Assembly: GCA_030390025.1 (NCBI GenBank)
Contig: CM059432.1
Location: forward strand, 135,410,001 to 135,474,000
Direction of reading: 5' to 3'
Origin: Squalus acanthias
Lineage: Eukaryota
DNA: 64,000 nt
Shown here: one piece after another, positions 48,946-61,800 of the stretch
How the letters are laid out: every line of letters begins with the position of its first letter
Numbering within the stretch: the stretch's first letter is position 1
Translations under genes and position numbers: made by a program
Notes under the pieces: generated by a model
The model's database searches: none
Seen by the model: the letters and a program-made list of their open reading frames with translations, nothing else
What the model was told of the DNA's origin: nothing

Positions 48946-49408
48946 GTGTCAGCTGTGGCTCAGTTGGTAGCACCCTCGTCTCAGTCAAGAGGTTGTGGGT
49001 TCAAGTCCCACTCCAGAGACTTGAGCACAAAAATCTAGACTGACACTCCAGTGAAGTACTGAGGGAGTGCAGCACTGCTGGAGGTGCAGTCTTTCAGAGA
49101 CATTAAACCGAAGCCCTGTCTCCCCTCTCAAGTGGCTGTAAAAGATCCCATGGCACTATTTTGAAGAGCAGGGGATTGATCCTCCGTGTCCTGGCCAATA
49201 TTTATCCCTTAACCAACATCACTAAAACAGATCATCTGGTCATTATCACAATGCTGTTTGTGGGAGCTTGCTGTGCACAAACTGGCTGCCTGTGTTTCCT
49301 ACATTGCAACAGTGACTACACTTCAAAAGTACTTAATTGGCTGTAAAGTGCTTTGGGACGTCCGTTGGTCGTGAAAGGCGCTTTATAAATGCAAGTCTTT
49401 CTTTCTCT
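48946..49408 (+). mobile_element. Full-length SacSINE1-like Deu-SINE
   Basis: Pol III A box TGGCTCAGTTGG and B box GGGTTCAAGTCCC. Deu domain (taaaagatcccatggcactattt-gaagagcagggga…gtcctggccaa). L2-type tail gtgaaaggcgctttataaatgcaagtctttcttt. Confidence 0.88.
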
Positions 49409-52400
49409 AAAAAGCCCCGTCAGTACTTGGTGCGTGGAACACTATGGGGGAGAAAGCTCTAATAAGCCAGCCGTTTTAATAACAACAGACCTAAGTATTC
49501 CTTTATCCGAGTAACATTTATGATATGCAAAACTTGATGCATGACTATGGTGGTCTTGTCGGCCTAAATGAGAGTGCAGTGTCCTGGTACTGGATCCTAC
49601 CCATGTTGAACCTCAGGTAGTTTCTGTGGGATTCTCAAATACCTATATGAAGGCATGTAACATTGAGATACACAGCTGTCAGTCAATCGCCCATTTCGAA
49701 AATTATGTTTTCAGTATGAAGTAATTTAAGACCCTTGGGTCTAGCACAAATCAAAAATGTTTTCTTTTTTTGGTGAGCATGGTGTGCAAAACACACAGAA
49801 ACTCGTCACCATGCTTCAGAGGCTTCAAGCCAAACCACTTGAGAAATCCACACAAGTCATTTCCATTTGCCCAATATGGATGCACGCATACTTCCCATAG
49901 GAACAAACTCCACTCAACTGAGCTTGGAGAACTCAGAAGCACCTTATCAAATGCCAAGGCTTAGGATCGCTCAAGTGTTCATAGGGCTATTTTCATATAT
50001 TATTGGATTCCAAACTAAAAAAGGAATAGAAGTCTGAATGTTGCTCACTTGAAAGTACTTTTTCTACAGTCTGTGAAAGCAGTAGCTTCTGCACTTCATT
50101 GGTCAGGTTTGCACACCATTTGTCACTGTCCCAGAAAACATCCCTCTGATGTTTGGGAGATGTTATGAAGTAGAAAGCATGTTTTCTCATTCAGAGTTTC
50201 AGTTGGAGGATATTTCATATTTTTGAAAACTTGCCACACACAGTCCCCCATCCCTAAACTTGGGGAGCAATAGTGATGAGGTTACTGATCAGTATGAAGG
50301 TGATGAGTGCAGTAGGGGGGGCTCTTTTTCCTTGAACTTTATTGGGATAGTTTGAATGTAGATATAAAGCAACTGTTGGTCCAAAAGGAAGTTCATTTGC
50401 ACTTGAAAGCAATAATGTGAACTGTGCTCTGAGCTGGGGTGGGGGGGAGCTGCTTGGTACTGAAAGCTCAAAATCTATGCCTGTTGCTAAGACTGGAATG
50501 GAATCAAGCATCTGAAGTCTTAAGATTCACAAACTGTACAGAAAACTGGTTAATCTTTTCATGCATCTATTTTTGATTACCAGTTTTTAAAATAACCATT
50601 TAAAGGAAACAGGAGGCAACAGCTATATCCTGCTTGGAATAAACCTTCATGTACACCTTGAAGACATTCATTTTTTTTGGAACAAGTATTATCTATTACT
50701 TCCTGAAACACTAACTATTACAAATGGCAAATGTAATCTTTATCCTTGAGCTTACCATATATCAGACACAGTACTCTTTGTAGGTTCTCCAAAATCACTT
50801 AGTTGCAATAGTCAGATTCTATATACATCTCATTGTTCTGATTATCAAGACTAGATGGCGATAGGCTGCATTACTGAGCAAAAATAGATCATTCAGCAAC
50901 ATATAGCTTTGAAATCAAGTCAATTTATATCAATAACCAAGAGCAATATAGTCTCTCCGTAATCTGCCCAAATTTTAAAAAAAAATTATCTTTTGCTAAT
51001 GCGAGCAACACATCTGAATTATATATATTTTTAATGAATTAGTTTATAAATTTTTAATTTGCACATTTGGGGCAAGCACCTCAGAGTTCCCTTTTACCAA
51101 GAAAAGGCACAGGAATATTACTTGACCATGCATGGTTAATTTTCCCAAGCCTTTTACATTCTCAGTGTCAAAGATTTGGGGTCACCTTTCGTGTAAGAAT
51201 TAGTGAGGGGAGAACAAAAGGAGTATGTGTTTTACTTTTTATTTTCAAAAAACAAAATCATGGTATGTCCTTTCTGGTAGGTGGACAGTTAACCGGTTCA
51301 TTTAAGTTTATGATGAAAAGAGAGATTAGTAAACAGTCACTTTAAGAGGAGAAGTGCTCGAATATTTGTACGGGAATAGAACACAATTTATCCACAATGA
51401 CTTCAGGAAATAGAAGCAATATTGTAGTTAATTTTTTTTCATGCCTTATTAAATTCAGATATTGTAACACATTATTCAAAAATTTAGAAACATGATCCTG
51501 AAACTTGTAGGTTTATTTGCTTGAGGAGGAGAAGGGAAGGATCAAATTAGTGTGTAAAGGAAGCTATTCAACAGGATTTATAAAAGCAAAGGCAATAGTT
51601 CCAATCCAAGTTTATGAAAGTCAGGTTATAAGCCAACAAATTTACAGAAATTCTTTGAAAACATAATAGAATTGATGGATGAGATTAATGTGACTTTCAG
51701 AAAGCAATTGGGATGCCTACCAAGAGACTTGTGACTGAAGTGAAAGATTTCAGGATAAAGGAGAACATTGTAAATTGATCACAAACTAGCTACATAAAAG
51801 AAAGAAATTTAATATTGATGATTGGGACTTGTGCCAAGGGAATGGAAAGAGGTAAATGTGCACCCAATTTCTAAAAAGGCCAGTTATATCAATTAGTGTG
51901 CTGACCACACAGGTATCAAATGGGTGACCAATGCATAGGTTAGCATACCCAGCACTTCCAGCTCCTTTCCCACTAAAGAGCAACAGAAGCACATCAGGGC
52001 TGCCCAATTTCACCACATTGCTGGCATTTGAGAAAGTACAGGGGTCACCGATGGCAGCCATGTGGCCATCTAGCCAATAGGCTCATGCTCCTGCTCACCT
52101 GTGCACGGTGACTTATCCAGTACTACCTTCTCAAGCCGACTAAAAGCAGCCTCTAGGATGCGTATACTGTGCTGATGCTTGCAAACAGTGATGCAGGGAG
52201 CGGTCTTGTTTTGGGCCACTGGCAGGTCATTCACCCGGGCCTACTATGACAAAAAGGAAATGTTAAACGCTAGCTGCAAGAAAAACCTGTGTGTGACATT
52301 TTTGGGATTATCTATGTGGCAGTATGAAGAGGAGCAGCTCCCAAGAGCAGGATGCCACTAGCTCCAAGCTTGGAGGGGGCTTGCAGCTTCACCTTCCCTA

Positions 52401-52544
52401 CTCTCTCTGTCCTTTTAGTAGAATATCAAGGATGGCCTCCTCCGAGGGAATCAAGGGTTTGTGTTTTCCGAACCCTATTCCAGTTTGGATCTGTTCCTTT
52501 GTATTAAGTGCAATTTCGTCATGCAAGCAGAGCTATCCCAAATT

Positions 52545-52700
52545 GAACATAGGAACAGGAGGCGGCCATTCGGTCCCTCGAGCCTGTAACACCATTCGAT
52601 TAGATCACGGCTTATCTGTACCTCAACTCCATTTACCTGCCTTTGATCCATATCCCTCGATACACCTACCCAATAAAAATCTGCGGATCTCAGTCTATAA
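52545..52700 (-). mobile_element. CR1 3' end fragment
   Basis: aacataggaacaggaggcggccattcggtccctcgagcctgt…, similar to 30220-30370. Confidence 0.75.
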
Positions 52701-53405
52701 CTGTGCACGCTAATTTCCGGCATGCTGCAGTCTGAACATGGGTAGTGTGGGGAATTTCCCAGGAATAAATCGGTATGATTATCAGTCCAAGTGAAAGCAC
52801 CTTTTCCTCATGCTGTAACAAGATTGAGAAGCCAGCTGACATATGACTTTTCCATTTTAAATGTGGATGTAGAAATTTATAATTTAAAAAATTTGTAGAT
52901 AAAAGTGCCATAAAAAAGTGACAACAGAAAGTAAGGTTCTGTGGACAGGCAGTGCATGTGGGGGGAAATTGGACCAGGCTATTCAGGCATAATTCAGTCC
53001 CCACATTAAAGTCATACATTCTGTTCCTTTCTTTCCTTTTTTTTTTACATAATATAAAATTGAAGTTATTGCTATTATAATTAAATAGCAAAGATTACAG
53101 ACACTTGAGAAACAAAGTAGAGTCAATTGGGCTAAGAGTTTCCCTCCAGTATAGGCCAAGGAACATTTTTATTTTGGGGAGGGGAAATAAAAAACGATGC
53201 TCTACAGCATCAACACTGGTGGGAGGGTGTAAGTACAGTGTGACAAGTTTAAATAGGCCATTTCCATTATAAATGTGGATGTAGGAATTTATACTGGAAA
53301 ATGTTGATTCAAAAGTGTAAGAAAAACATAACGAAGCAAGATTTTGTTGTCAAGAAGATTTTTAATACACTATAGATGGATATGTAGACATACAATGGTT
53401 AGTAT

Positions 53406-53692
53406 AACATAAGAACATAAGAAATAGGAGCAGGAATAGGCCACTTGGCCCCTCAAGCCTGCTCCGCCATTCAATAAGATCATGGCTGATCTTGGGCTCA
53501 AAGCCACTTCCCCACCCGCTCCCTATAACCCTTCACTCCCTTATCTTGCAAAAATCTGTATCTCCACCTTAAATATATTTAATGACCCAGCCTCCACAGC
53601 TCTCTGGGGCAGAGAATTCCACAGATTTACAACCCTCAAGAAATTCCTCCTCATCTCAGTTCTAAAAGGGCGACCCTTTATTCTAAAACTTC
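53406..53692 (-). mobile_element. CR1 3' end fragment
   Basis: (aacataag)2 tail and 3' UTR, followed by agagaattccacagatt…aaattcctcctcatctcag. Confidence 0.8.
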
Positions 53693-56254
53693 TTTAAAAT
53701 TATAGTTTGTAGTGATCACGAGGAACTCCAAGACTTATTATACAGCCGCAACTCTAAACATTTGAATGCTTTAGTTTAGGACATAAAGACAACACCTGCA
53801 TTACAAACCAATTAAAGAGCTCAAAAGCTAGTGTAAGACAGAAGATACAGCAGCTGCTAGAGGGGGGAAAAAAGTTAGAAATTATATCTGCTCCCCTCTT
53901 CCCAAAATTTGTTTCTATAGAAAGTGTTTTCCCGTGTTCCTGAAAATAATTAAAAACATTACTCATTCCCATCCTTCCTTCTTTGTCCTAACCAAGTAAT
54001 TATTTTTGTAATTTCATTATTTGATTACTGATAAATTGAAGAGCAATTGAAAGTTTATAAGCTTCGTTCAGACCCACATGAATTTGTATACAACTAGCCT
54101 GCACCATACATATTTCTGCTGATCAAAACAACAAAATAACTTAAAGGCCTTAGAATCAAAGGAAAGGGTTAATTTCACAAATAAGAGTGTTAAACTTTTC
54201 ACATGTACTATTTTGGCTTTAATTTGAAAGCAATGAAGTTAGGTTAAATAGCTGAAGAAAAATTGCTGACAGTACAAAAATCAATTAAGCTGCTTTTGTC
54301 AAAAGCGGGCTCCGATTCGGTCATATTGTAACTTTAAACATTCTTTGCATTTTTGCTGAAGGACATTAACATAGTTGTGACTATGAATTTTTGGGATTAG
54401 TCACTTCACTGATTACAAATCATATTTACATAACAACTGGTGTCTGAGTGGCCAAGTACAAAACCTTTTTTATTTTGGCTTACTCTGGTCAGTGCTGCTG
54501 CCAAGGTTTCAATCTTAGTGACCACAATGGCTGCCTAGTAAAAAAAAACACTAAATGTAGACCAGATTACAATTTTCTGCAGACCAGAATATTATGTAGC
54601 ACAGTAGTCATGTAGCCAGTTGGCATGAAAGATCACTATTTTATATATAATCAACAGAAAATTATCCAATGATATTTAATTCATTAGCATTGCTCCTCTT
54701 AAACTATCTATATCCACTATTTTAATCTTACTTTTTAACTAGCCAAATCTGGTAGAAGCTGAACTTGAATTAAGACCAGGGTGACTTTTGCAGAGTAGAA
54801 ATATAAGAGATCAATTTGGCTGATTTAATAAGTAAGAATAGATACAATCACATCAAGTAGAAATACAAGGGAAACTTAGCTCATATACTTACAAGTTCTA
54901 CAGCAAGGAAAGGTTTTTGTGTGGTCCTTAAAAAAAAAAGGTTTGACGAGTAAAAAAAAAAGTTCTGAATTTCTGAAACAGTTACTCCTGCAAAAAAATC
55001 TCAGTTCTCATCTTAAACCGTTTGTGATTTGATTTTTTTTCCAGTATTCACACAACATCCATTCATCAAATTCTGTCCTCCATTGCAAGCTTTCATCAGT
55101 TGATCAAGAAATAATTCACATGGTACTAATACACAAGTGGTGTCCTATATCGTCATCCTTCACTTCTTTCCCATCTGTTATCACCTACAATTGAGATAAT
55201 CTAGGCCATTATCGGAGCTTTGTGTGGGAACAACAGCAGTCTCTAACAGCTAAATAATACAGTAGAAAAAGAATACCAGACACCAAAAAAATGACGACAG
55301 TTTGTATTGTACAGCAGGCAAAACACAAGCTTCCCCCCACTTCAATCAAAATAGGCGCACGTTTTATATTCCAAATCTTCCAGGACAGGGAAGAGATTAA
55401 AATAAAATAATTTACTAAAATATGATTGTGTTTTACTTCAACTTCTACTTTTCCTAGATAATTTTCCTTATATTATAGAAAAGTGCACTAAAAAAACGTA
55501 CTTGACATATTGCACACCTAACTCCCAATGTAAGGTGGCATCAGAATGGGCCTAACCACATCATGAGGGGAGAACATCAGGTTACAGGATGCCAAGAACT
55601 CTTAGTACCAGGTGTGACTGAACCCCAGAAGTCAGGTCTCAAACTGTTTATTATAGTGTAACTGGTAATATAGCAGTTATAGACTGTCCTTCCTGTGAAA
55701 AGATAAAGGGCTTATTTAAGAGTGGAATTAATTCACATTCAACCAAATGAAAGTTTCCTCTATATATTATGCATTATCCCCAAGCCATTATTTCCAAATG
55801 AGGGAAATTGTGCACTTGTCCATTGAATTTGCACTGGCATTCCTCAGATCATTCTCCTTACATTGCAGATGGTTTCCTTCCATGTTGTATATCTGCTCTG
55901 CTGGGTGCCATCCTACACTCAATGTGTCAAGTGTGACTGCCAATTGCGACTTGGACAAAAATGCACATCAAGCTCTCCTGATGACTTAGTGGGTCAAGGC
56001 ATGTCTGGTCTAGCACAAAGGCATACACAGCAGAATATTCCAGGTTTAGTTTTCAGTCTGTGCTGAGTTAACTGATCTCAGCCAGGACAATAGAGGTGTG
56101 CCAACTGGCCTCCCAAGTTAGGAAAAAGAATAAGGTTCAAGATTCTCTGGCACCTAATTGCCAGTAGGATTAGTCACAACTGGAGAGGGGGAAGAGAAAG
56201 ATAGAGAATATTAAAATATTCTCTCCCTTTTTCCCCCAAATAAAAATATATAAA

Positions 56255-57922
56255 TTTACACAGGATATACGGCACAGAAACAGGCCATTCGGCCCAACTA
56301 GTCCATGCCGGCGTTTATGCTCCACTCGAGCCTCCTCCTGTCTTTCCTCATCTAAATCTATCAGCATAACCCTCTATTCCCTTCTCCCTCATATGCTTGT
56401 CTAGCCTCCCCTTAAATGCATCTATACTATTTGCTTCAACCACTTCCTGTGGTAGCAAGTGCCACATTCTCACCACTCTTTGGGTAAAGAAGTTTCTTCT
56501 GAATTCCCCATTGGATTTCTTGGTGACTATCTTATATTGATGGCCTCTAGTTATGCTCTTCCCCACAAGTGGAAACATTCTCTCTGTATCCACTCTATCA
56601 AAACCTTTCATAATTTTAAAGACCTCTATTAGGTCACCCTTCAGCCAAGAAAAATAAAAGAGACCCAGCCTGTTCATCCTTTCCTGATATGTATACCCTT
56701 GCATTTCTGGTATATCCTTGTAAATCTTCTCTGCACCCTCTTCAGTGCCTCTATATCCTTTTTATAATATAGTGACCAGAATTGCACGCAGTACTCCAAG
56801 TGTGGTCCAACCAAGGTTCGATACAGGTTTAGCATAACTTCCCTACTTTTCAATTCTACACCTCAAGAAATAAACCCTAGTGCTTGGTTTGCTTTTTTTA
56901 ATGGCCTTGCTAACCCGTGTCGCAATTTTTATTGATTTGTACCCAGATCCCTTTGTTCCTCAACCTCACCTAGACTCGCACCCTTCAAGTAATAAGTGAC
57001 CTCTCTATTCTTCCTACCAAAATGTAATACCTCACATTTATCTGTGTTGAATTTCATTTGCCAATTATATGCCAATTCTGCAAGTTTATTAATGTCCTCC
57101 TGTAATTTGTTGCAGTCCTCCTCAGTATTGACTATCCCCCCACCCCCAAATTTGGTGTCATCCGCAAATTTAGAAATTGTGTTTTTGATTCCAAAGTCTA
57201 AATCGTTAATATAAAAATTGTGAACAACAGTGGTCCCAGCACTGATCCTTGTGGAACACCACTACCCACCTTCTGCCACTGTGAAGAGCTACCTTTTACC
57301 CCTACTCTCTGCTTTCTGTCCTGAAGCCAGCTAACTATCCATTCTGCTACTTGTCCCGACTCCGCATCTCTGACCTTGTTCATCAGTCTATTATGGGGTA
57401 CCTTATCGAAGGGCTTTTGAAAATCTAGATACATCTACTGCATTACCATTGTCTACTCTGTTACTCTTCAAAAAATTCAATGAGGTTGATCAAGCACGAC
57501 TTTCCCTTTTGAAATCCATGCCGACTATTCATTACTATGTTTTTGGTTTCCAGATGTTCTTCTATTTTCTCCTTTAGTAGGGATTCAATTATTTTTCCTA
57601 CCACCGATGTTAAGCGGACTGGTTTATAATTCACTGGACATGTTCTATCCCCCTTCTTGAATATAGGTATTACGTTAGTTATCTGCCAGTCTTCTGGCAC
57701 TACACCTTTTTCTAACAAATTATTAAATAGGTTTAGTAATGCCTTTGCTATCTCTTCCCTAGATTCTTTTAAAATGCATGGATGCAATCCATCCGGACCA
57801 GGGGTTTTATCCTGAGTTTGATTAGTTTATTTAATAGACCGCCTCTTTATTTTAAATGCACTTTTCTCATTACTAATCTCATCTAATGTCATGTCCACCT
57901 GTTCCATCTCCCTGGTAAATAC
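56255..57922 (-). mobile_element. CR1 LINE (family E), 5'-truncated, with 9-bp TSD
   Basis: RT ORF pieces at 57461-57787, 57198-57434 and 56348-56704. ATATATAAA occurs at 56246-56254 and 57923-57931. Confidence 0.9.
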
Positions 57923-58369
57923 ATATATAAAGTGTGCATATGTGTACGTACACAAACACACACAGGTGCAGATGTAATCAGGTTCGGCTGTGATACCAGC
58001 CATTGGTGAAATGCTGCCAATACTCATCAACTAGGCTTATTTGTGAAGAATGATCACATGATCAAGGTAATGAATCATACCCAGAGCCCATGGGGCAGTA
58101 TCCCAGCAGGAGTCGGTGCCTTCATAAGGGGCAAAAGAAAAGGAATGGAAAAATAGCTGTCTTGCATGCTGGAACTAAGGATATAGCACTCAAGAATCTT
58201 AAGGAATGATGGAACTCCTCAACTGGATCTTTCTTGCAAGAGAAGAGTGCTGCTGGGCAACGTTCTGCTGGGACTTGGCATTGATTATAGATGCATTCAT
58301 CCAATGACTATCCAACTGATGCTGAAGGAGATTGCATGGATCCAGAGCCCATATACTATCCATCACAAA

Positions 58370-58885
58370 TACTTACTTCCACTTCCGTAACATTGCCTAC
58401 CTCTGTCACTACCTTAGTCCATCTGCCGCTGAATCCCTCATCCATGCCATTTGTCACCTTCAGACTTGAGTATTATGATGCTCTCCAGGCTGGCCTCCCA
58501 TCCATGTTCTGAGAGCTTCAGCTAATTCAAAACTCTGCTACCCATATCCTATCCCACACCAGAACCCTACATTGGAGATATGAGTGACCTGGAACCAATG
58601 TAAAATTCACATCCTTGTGTTTAAATCCCCTCATAGCCCACCCCTCACTATCTTTATCTCCTCCAGCCCCCACAACCACCCCCCACAGTCCCAAACCAAG
58701 ACTCTGTTCCTTTGACTCTGGCCTTTTATGCATCTCCCCCTCCCTTTGCCCCACCACTGACTGCCAAGCCTTCAGCTATCTAGGCCCCATGCTCTGGAAT
58801 TTCCTCCCTAAACACCTCTGCATCTCCACTTCCCTCTCCTCCTTTATGACCCACCTTAAATCCCATCTCTTAGACCAAGCTTTTC
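58370..58885 (+). mobile_element. L2-type LINE 3' fragment
   Basis: FVTFRLEYYDALQAGLP…AFSYLGPMLWNFLP…HLLDQAF. Confidence 0.8.
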
Positions 58886-61800
58886 GTCATCCCCGAGGAG
58901 GGGCTACAATTGTCCTACTCAATTGGTATAGAGCTAGAATTGCAAAATAAAACTAAGCTCCTGTTCCTGTCCCTGATAACTACAATGTAGGATAGGAAAC
59001 GGACAGCCAAGTTATGGATGAGTTGAAGTCTATTGAAAGTGGAGGATTGGTGGATGGCCATGATGGTAATGGAATAAATCAGCAATCCCTGTTGAAAGTG
59101 CATGTGAAGACAAGATCAGTCTGATCCATATGACTCCCGTAATCACTATTTCACTGACACTCACTGTCCAGGTTCACAAAGCAAGAATAATCCCTTGAGC
59201 AAGCTACTGGAAGGCTGTTGCCAGGCATGGAACCATATCCCAATACAAGTCCTCAGTTCAGGACAGGTAAAGGAAGAAAGTCGGAGCCAAATGCTGGAGA
59301 AAAACGAGGAGAAAGTGCACAAGAATTCAGTGAAAGCTATGCGACATCCACTTTCTTCCCATTATAGATTCGGCATAACCTTGACAATATTTAGTGAATA
59401 ATAACCTGATCGAATAGTTAGACTAAGAAGAATTTTCAACAACCTTGAACAAGGAGGACAATTCAAATTTCAATCAACATAATTAATATCTTGAGATTTA
59501 CTCTTCAACTTTGAATAAATTGGTTTGCAAAAATAATAATTTGACCAAAATTCTATTTAACCTTTTAACATGTCTGCTGAAGCTACAGCTCATCGTTTCT
59601 GCTGCAAGCCAAATATCTGCATTGTAATACAGGGTACTTCACTTAAGTCCTGGATGTATCAGAATATTTTTTTCTCCAATAAGCACACTCTCTCTTCAGG
59701 GCAAGTAGTTTTACTCATGCAAGTTTTCTTTTAAAGCTGCTGTATATTTTAATAGTCTACGATGACCTTGTATTTGTTTTGTGCTCTTGCCGGTTTCATT
59801 TATGACCTTTAGTCGTGCAACAGAAATTGCAGAATGTGCAAATACCTATTCAAAAGAACACAAGAATGCAGGTGCAAGAAATGCTCATTCAGCCTGTGTA
59901 GCTTGTTCTATCATCTAGGTGCTGTTTCAGGAGCTGATATTATTCAAGTCGAGAAGATAAAAGGTCACTTCACTTTGGTAGCATATTGCTTATAGCCTGG
60001 GATTTTGCCAAATGAGAAGTCTGTTATCTATAAAACTGTGTTTATTTTTTTTTAAATTACTTTAGAATACACCATATATAAAAGAAAGTGGAGTAACTTT
60101 ACTTTTTGAATCAAAGCTAGGAATTAACCTTTCTGCTGTTAGGGGTAATTCTTGCCAAAACAGGATTTCTTCTGCTAGAAAATCATACTTGCAATTATGA
60201 GGAATTGACTGCTGTAATGCATTTCTTCACCATCAACAGTTCAAGTCAAACAGAAACCCATAGTATTTACAGAGAGAAAAAAATTCAAATGAAATTCTCT
60301 AAAAATATGGGAGGTCAGTACAGGAAATCAAAAAGATTTACTTCTTGAATTTTTAGCAGATAGATTTTGAGTAAGGCTGTTGTGTCTTGCTGACTAGCAA
60401 TAAAACCTTGTCTTTTTCCATTTCAACTGAAGAATTAATGAAATTTGTATGCAATTATGTAAATGATCTTAATGTTTCAGAAAAGGAGCGTTTGTAAATA
60501 TAGCAAATACCACCACATTGCAGAAATGCAAAGGAAGTGTTCAAACCCAACTGAAGGCTTAAGTACCATAGCTAGGGCATGTATCAGTAAAGATTTCATG
60601 CACCTATGGAGCCAAGAGTCAGTTAGATTATCAGTACAACACAGTAACTGCTGCAAATAGTTGCTGTTTTGCAGTGATGGGGACTTACTGGTTTATGTTT
60701 TTGTATGGCAAGACTGGGAGGGTGGAGCAGAACGATCCTTGCATGGAAAGAACAATATTTAGTACAGTGGAACACTTAACACAAACAAAAATTAGCCAAG
60801 CATTACACTTCATCTATAATTGTCAGTAACCATTTTCGTTCAACTCATCCTTCTACTGCAACAGTAATATGAAAGGATGTTTCTGCAAATCATGCCCAAG
60901 TACCATTTTTCATAACTGTTTAAAAAGGCACCAATCATGGCTACTGCTCATTAAATTGTGTCTTTAATCATAACATGGGGTTCATGACAAATAAAATGAT
61001 CTCCAGTTCAATAAAAATAATTAAATGTAAATGCCATTGTTTAGTACTGTATGGATTTTTTTTAAAATTATAAATCAGCACATCACCAATCATTGCAAAT
61101 TACAGTGACCTCAGATACAAGTAATAAATTCACCTGATCACATAAGACGAAGAACATGTCCTAGACTGGGCATGCTGCCAGAAAATGCCCTGCCCTAGAA
61201 ATGACTGAAACCACAAGAAACCTAACCTGGGTGTTACAGTCCTCACAGCACAGCGATCTTAAATGACTTGCTGAAATTTTAATTCTCTGATCACATTAAG
61301 TGGTTTGGGAAGACAACAAAATCTGAACACTCATCTTTGGTGGCATCATCTCTTCTTTAAGAAAAGCTCTAAAAGTTTACAGGTTTATTTATTCAGCGCT
61401 GTCATAGTGGATAAGGTTACAATACTCTGCAGATGATGACACTGACAGCTGATGTCAACATAAGATCCCACAATCTATTATATCAGATAGATGCAAAAAT
61501 CAGATGATTGACAGGTACGAGCACCATACGTTGCTGTATCGATTATTGAATTACCAGAACATACAGAAATATCTCTAATTTATACCTGCATCTGCAAGAA
61601 TGCCAACCTCTCCAAGCACTTTAAGACACATCAATCTTTGAGCTTTAGCAACTTCAAAAGATTTGTTACTGGTACATTTGAACTCTGGACTCTCCATGCA
61701 AAAAAAAAAGTTAATCTTCCATCCTCATAATTAGATATTAACCACAAATGTATTGGTAGAAACGAGCAAAGCAAAATGCACTTTGGATGCAACTTTGTCA

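Noticed and set aside
48946..49020. tRNA gene
   Set aside because: The A and B boxes belong to a SINE head followed by the Deu domain, and no full cloverleaf is present.
50270..50435. Box C/D snoRNA-like motif order (TGATGA…CTGA…TGATGA…CTGA)
   Set aside because: It is antisense to the host transcript, has a weak terminal stem, odd spacing and no recognisable guide sequence.
56204..56225. Short palindromes (agagaatatt-aa-aatattctct; also about 35978-36009)
   Set aside because: AT-rich stems of 10-11 bp are expected by chance in 64 kb.
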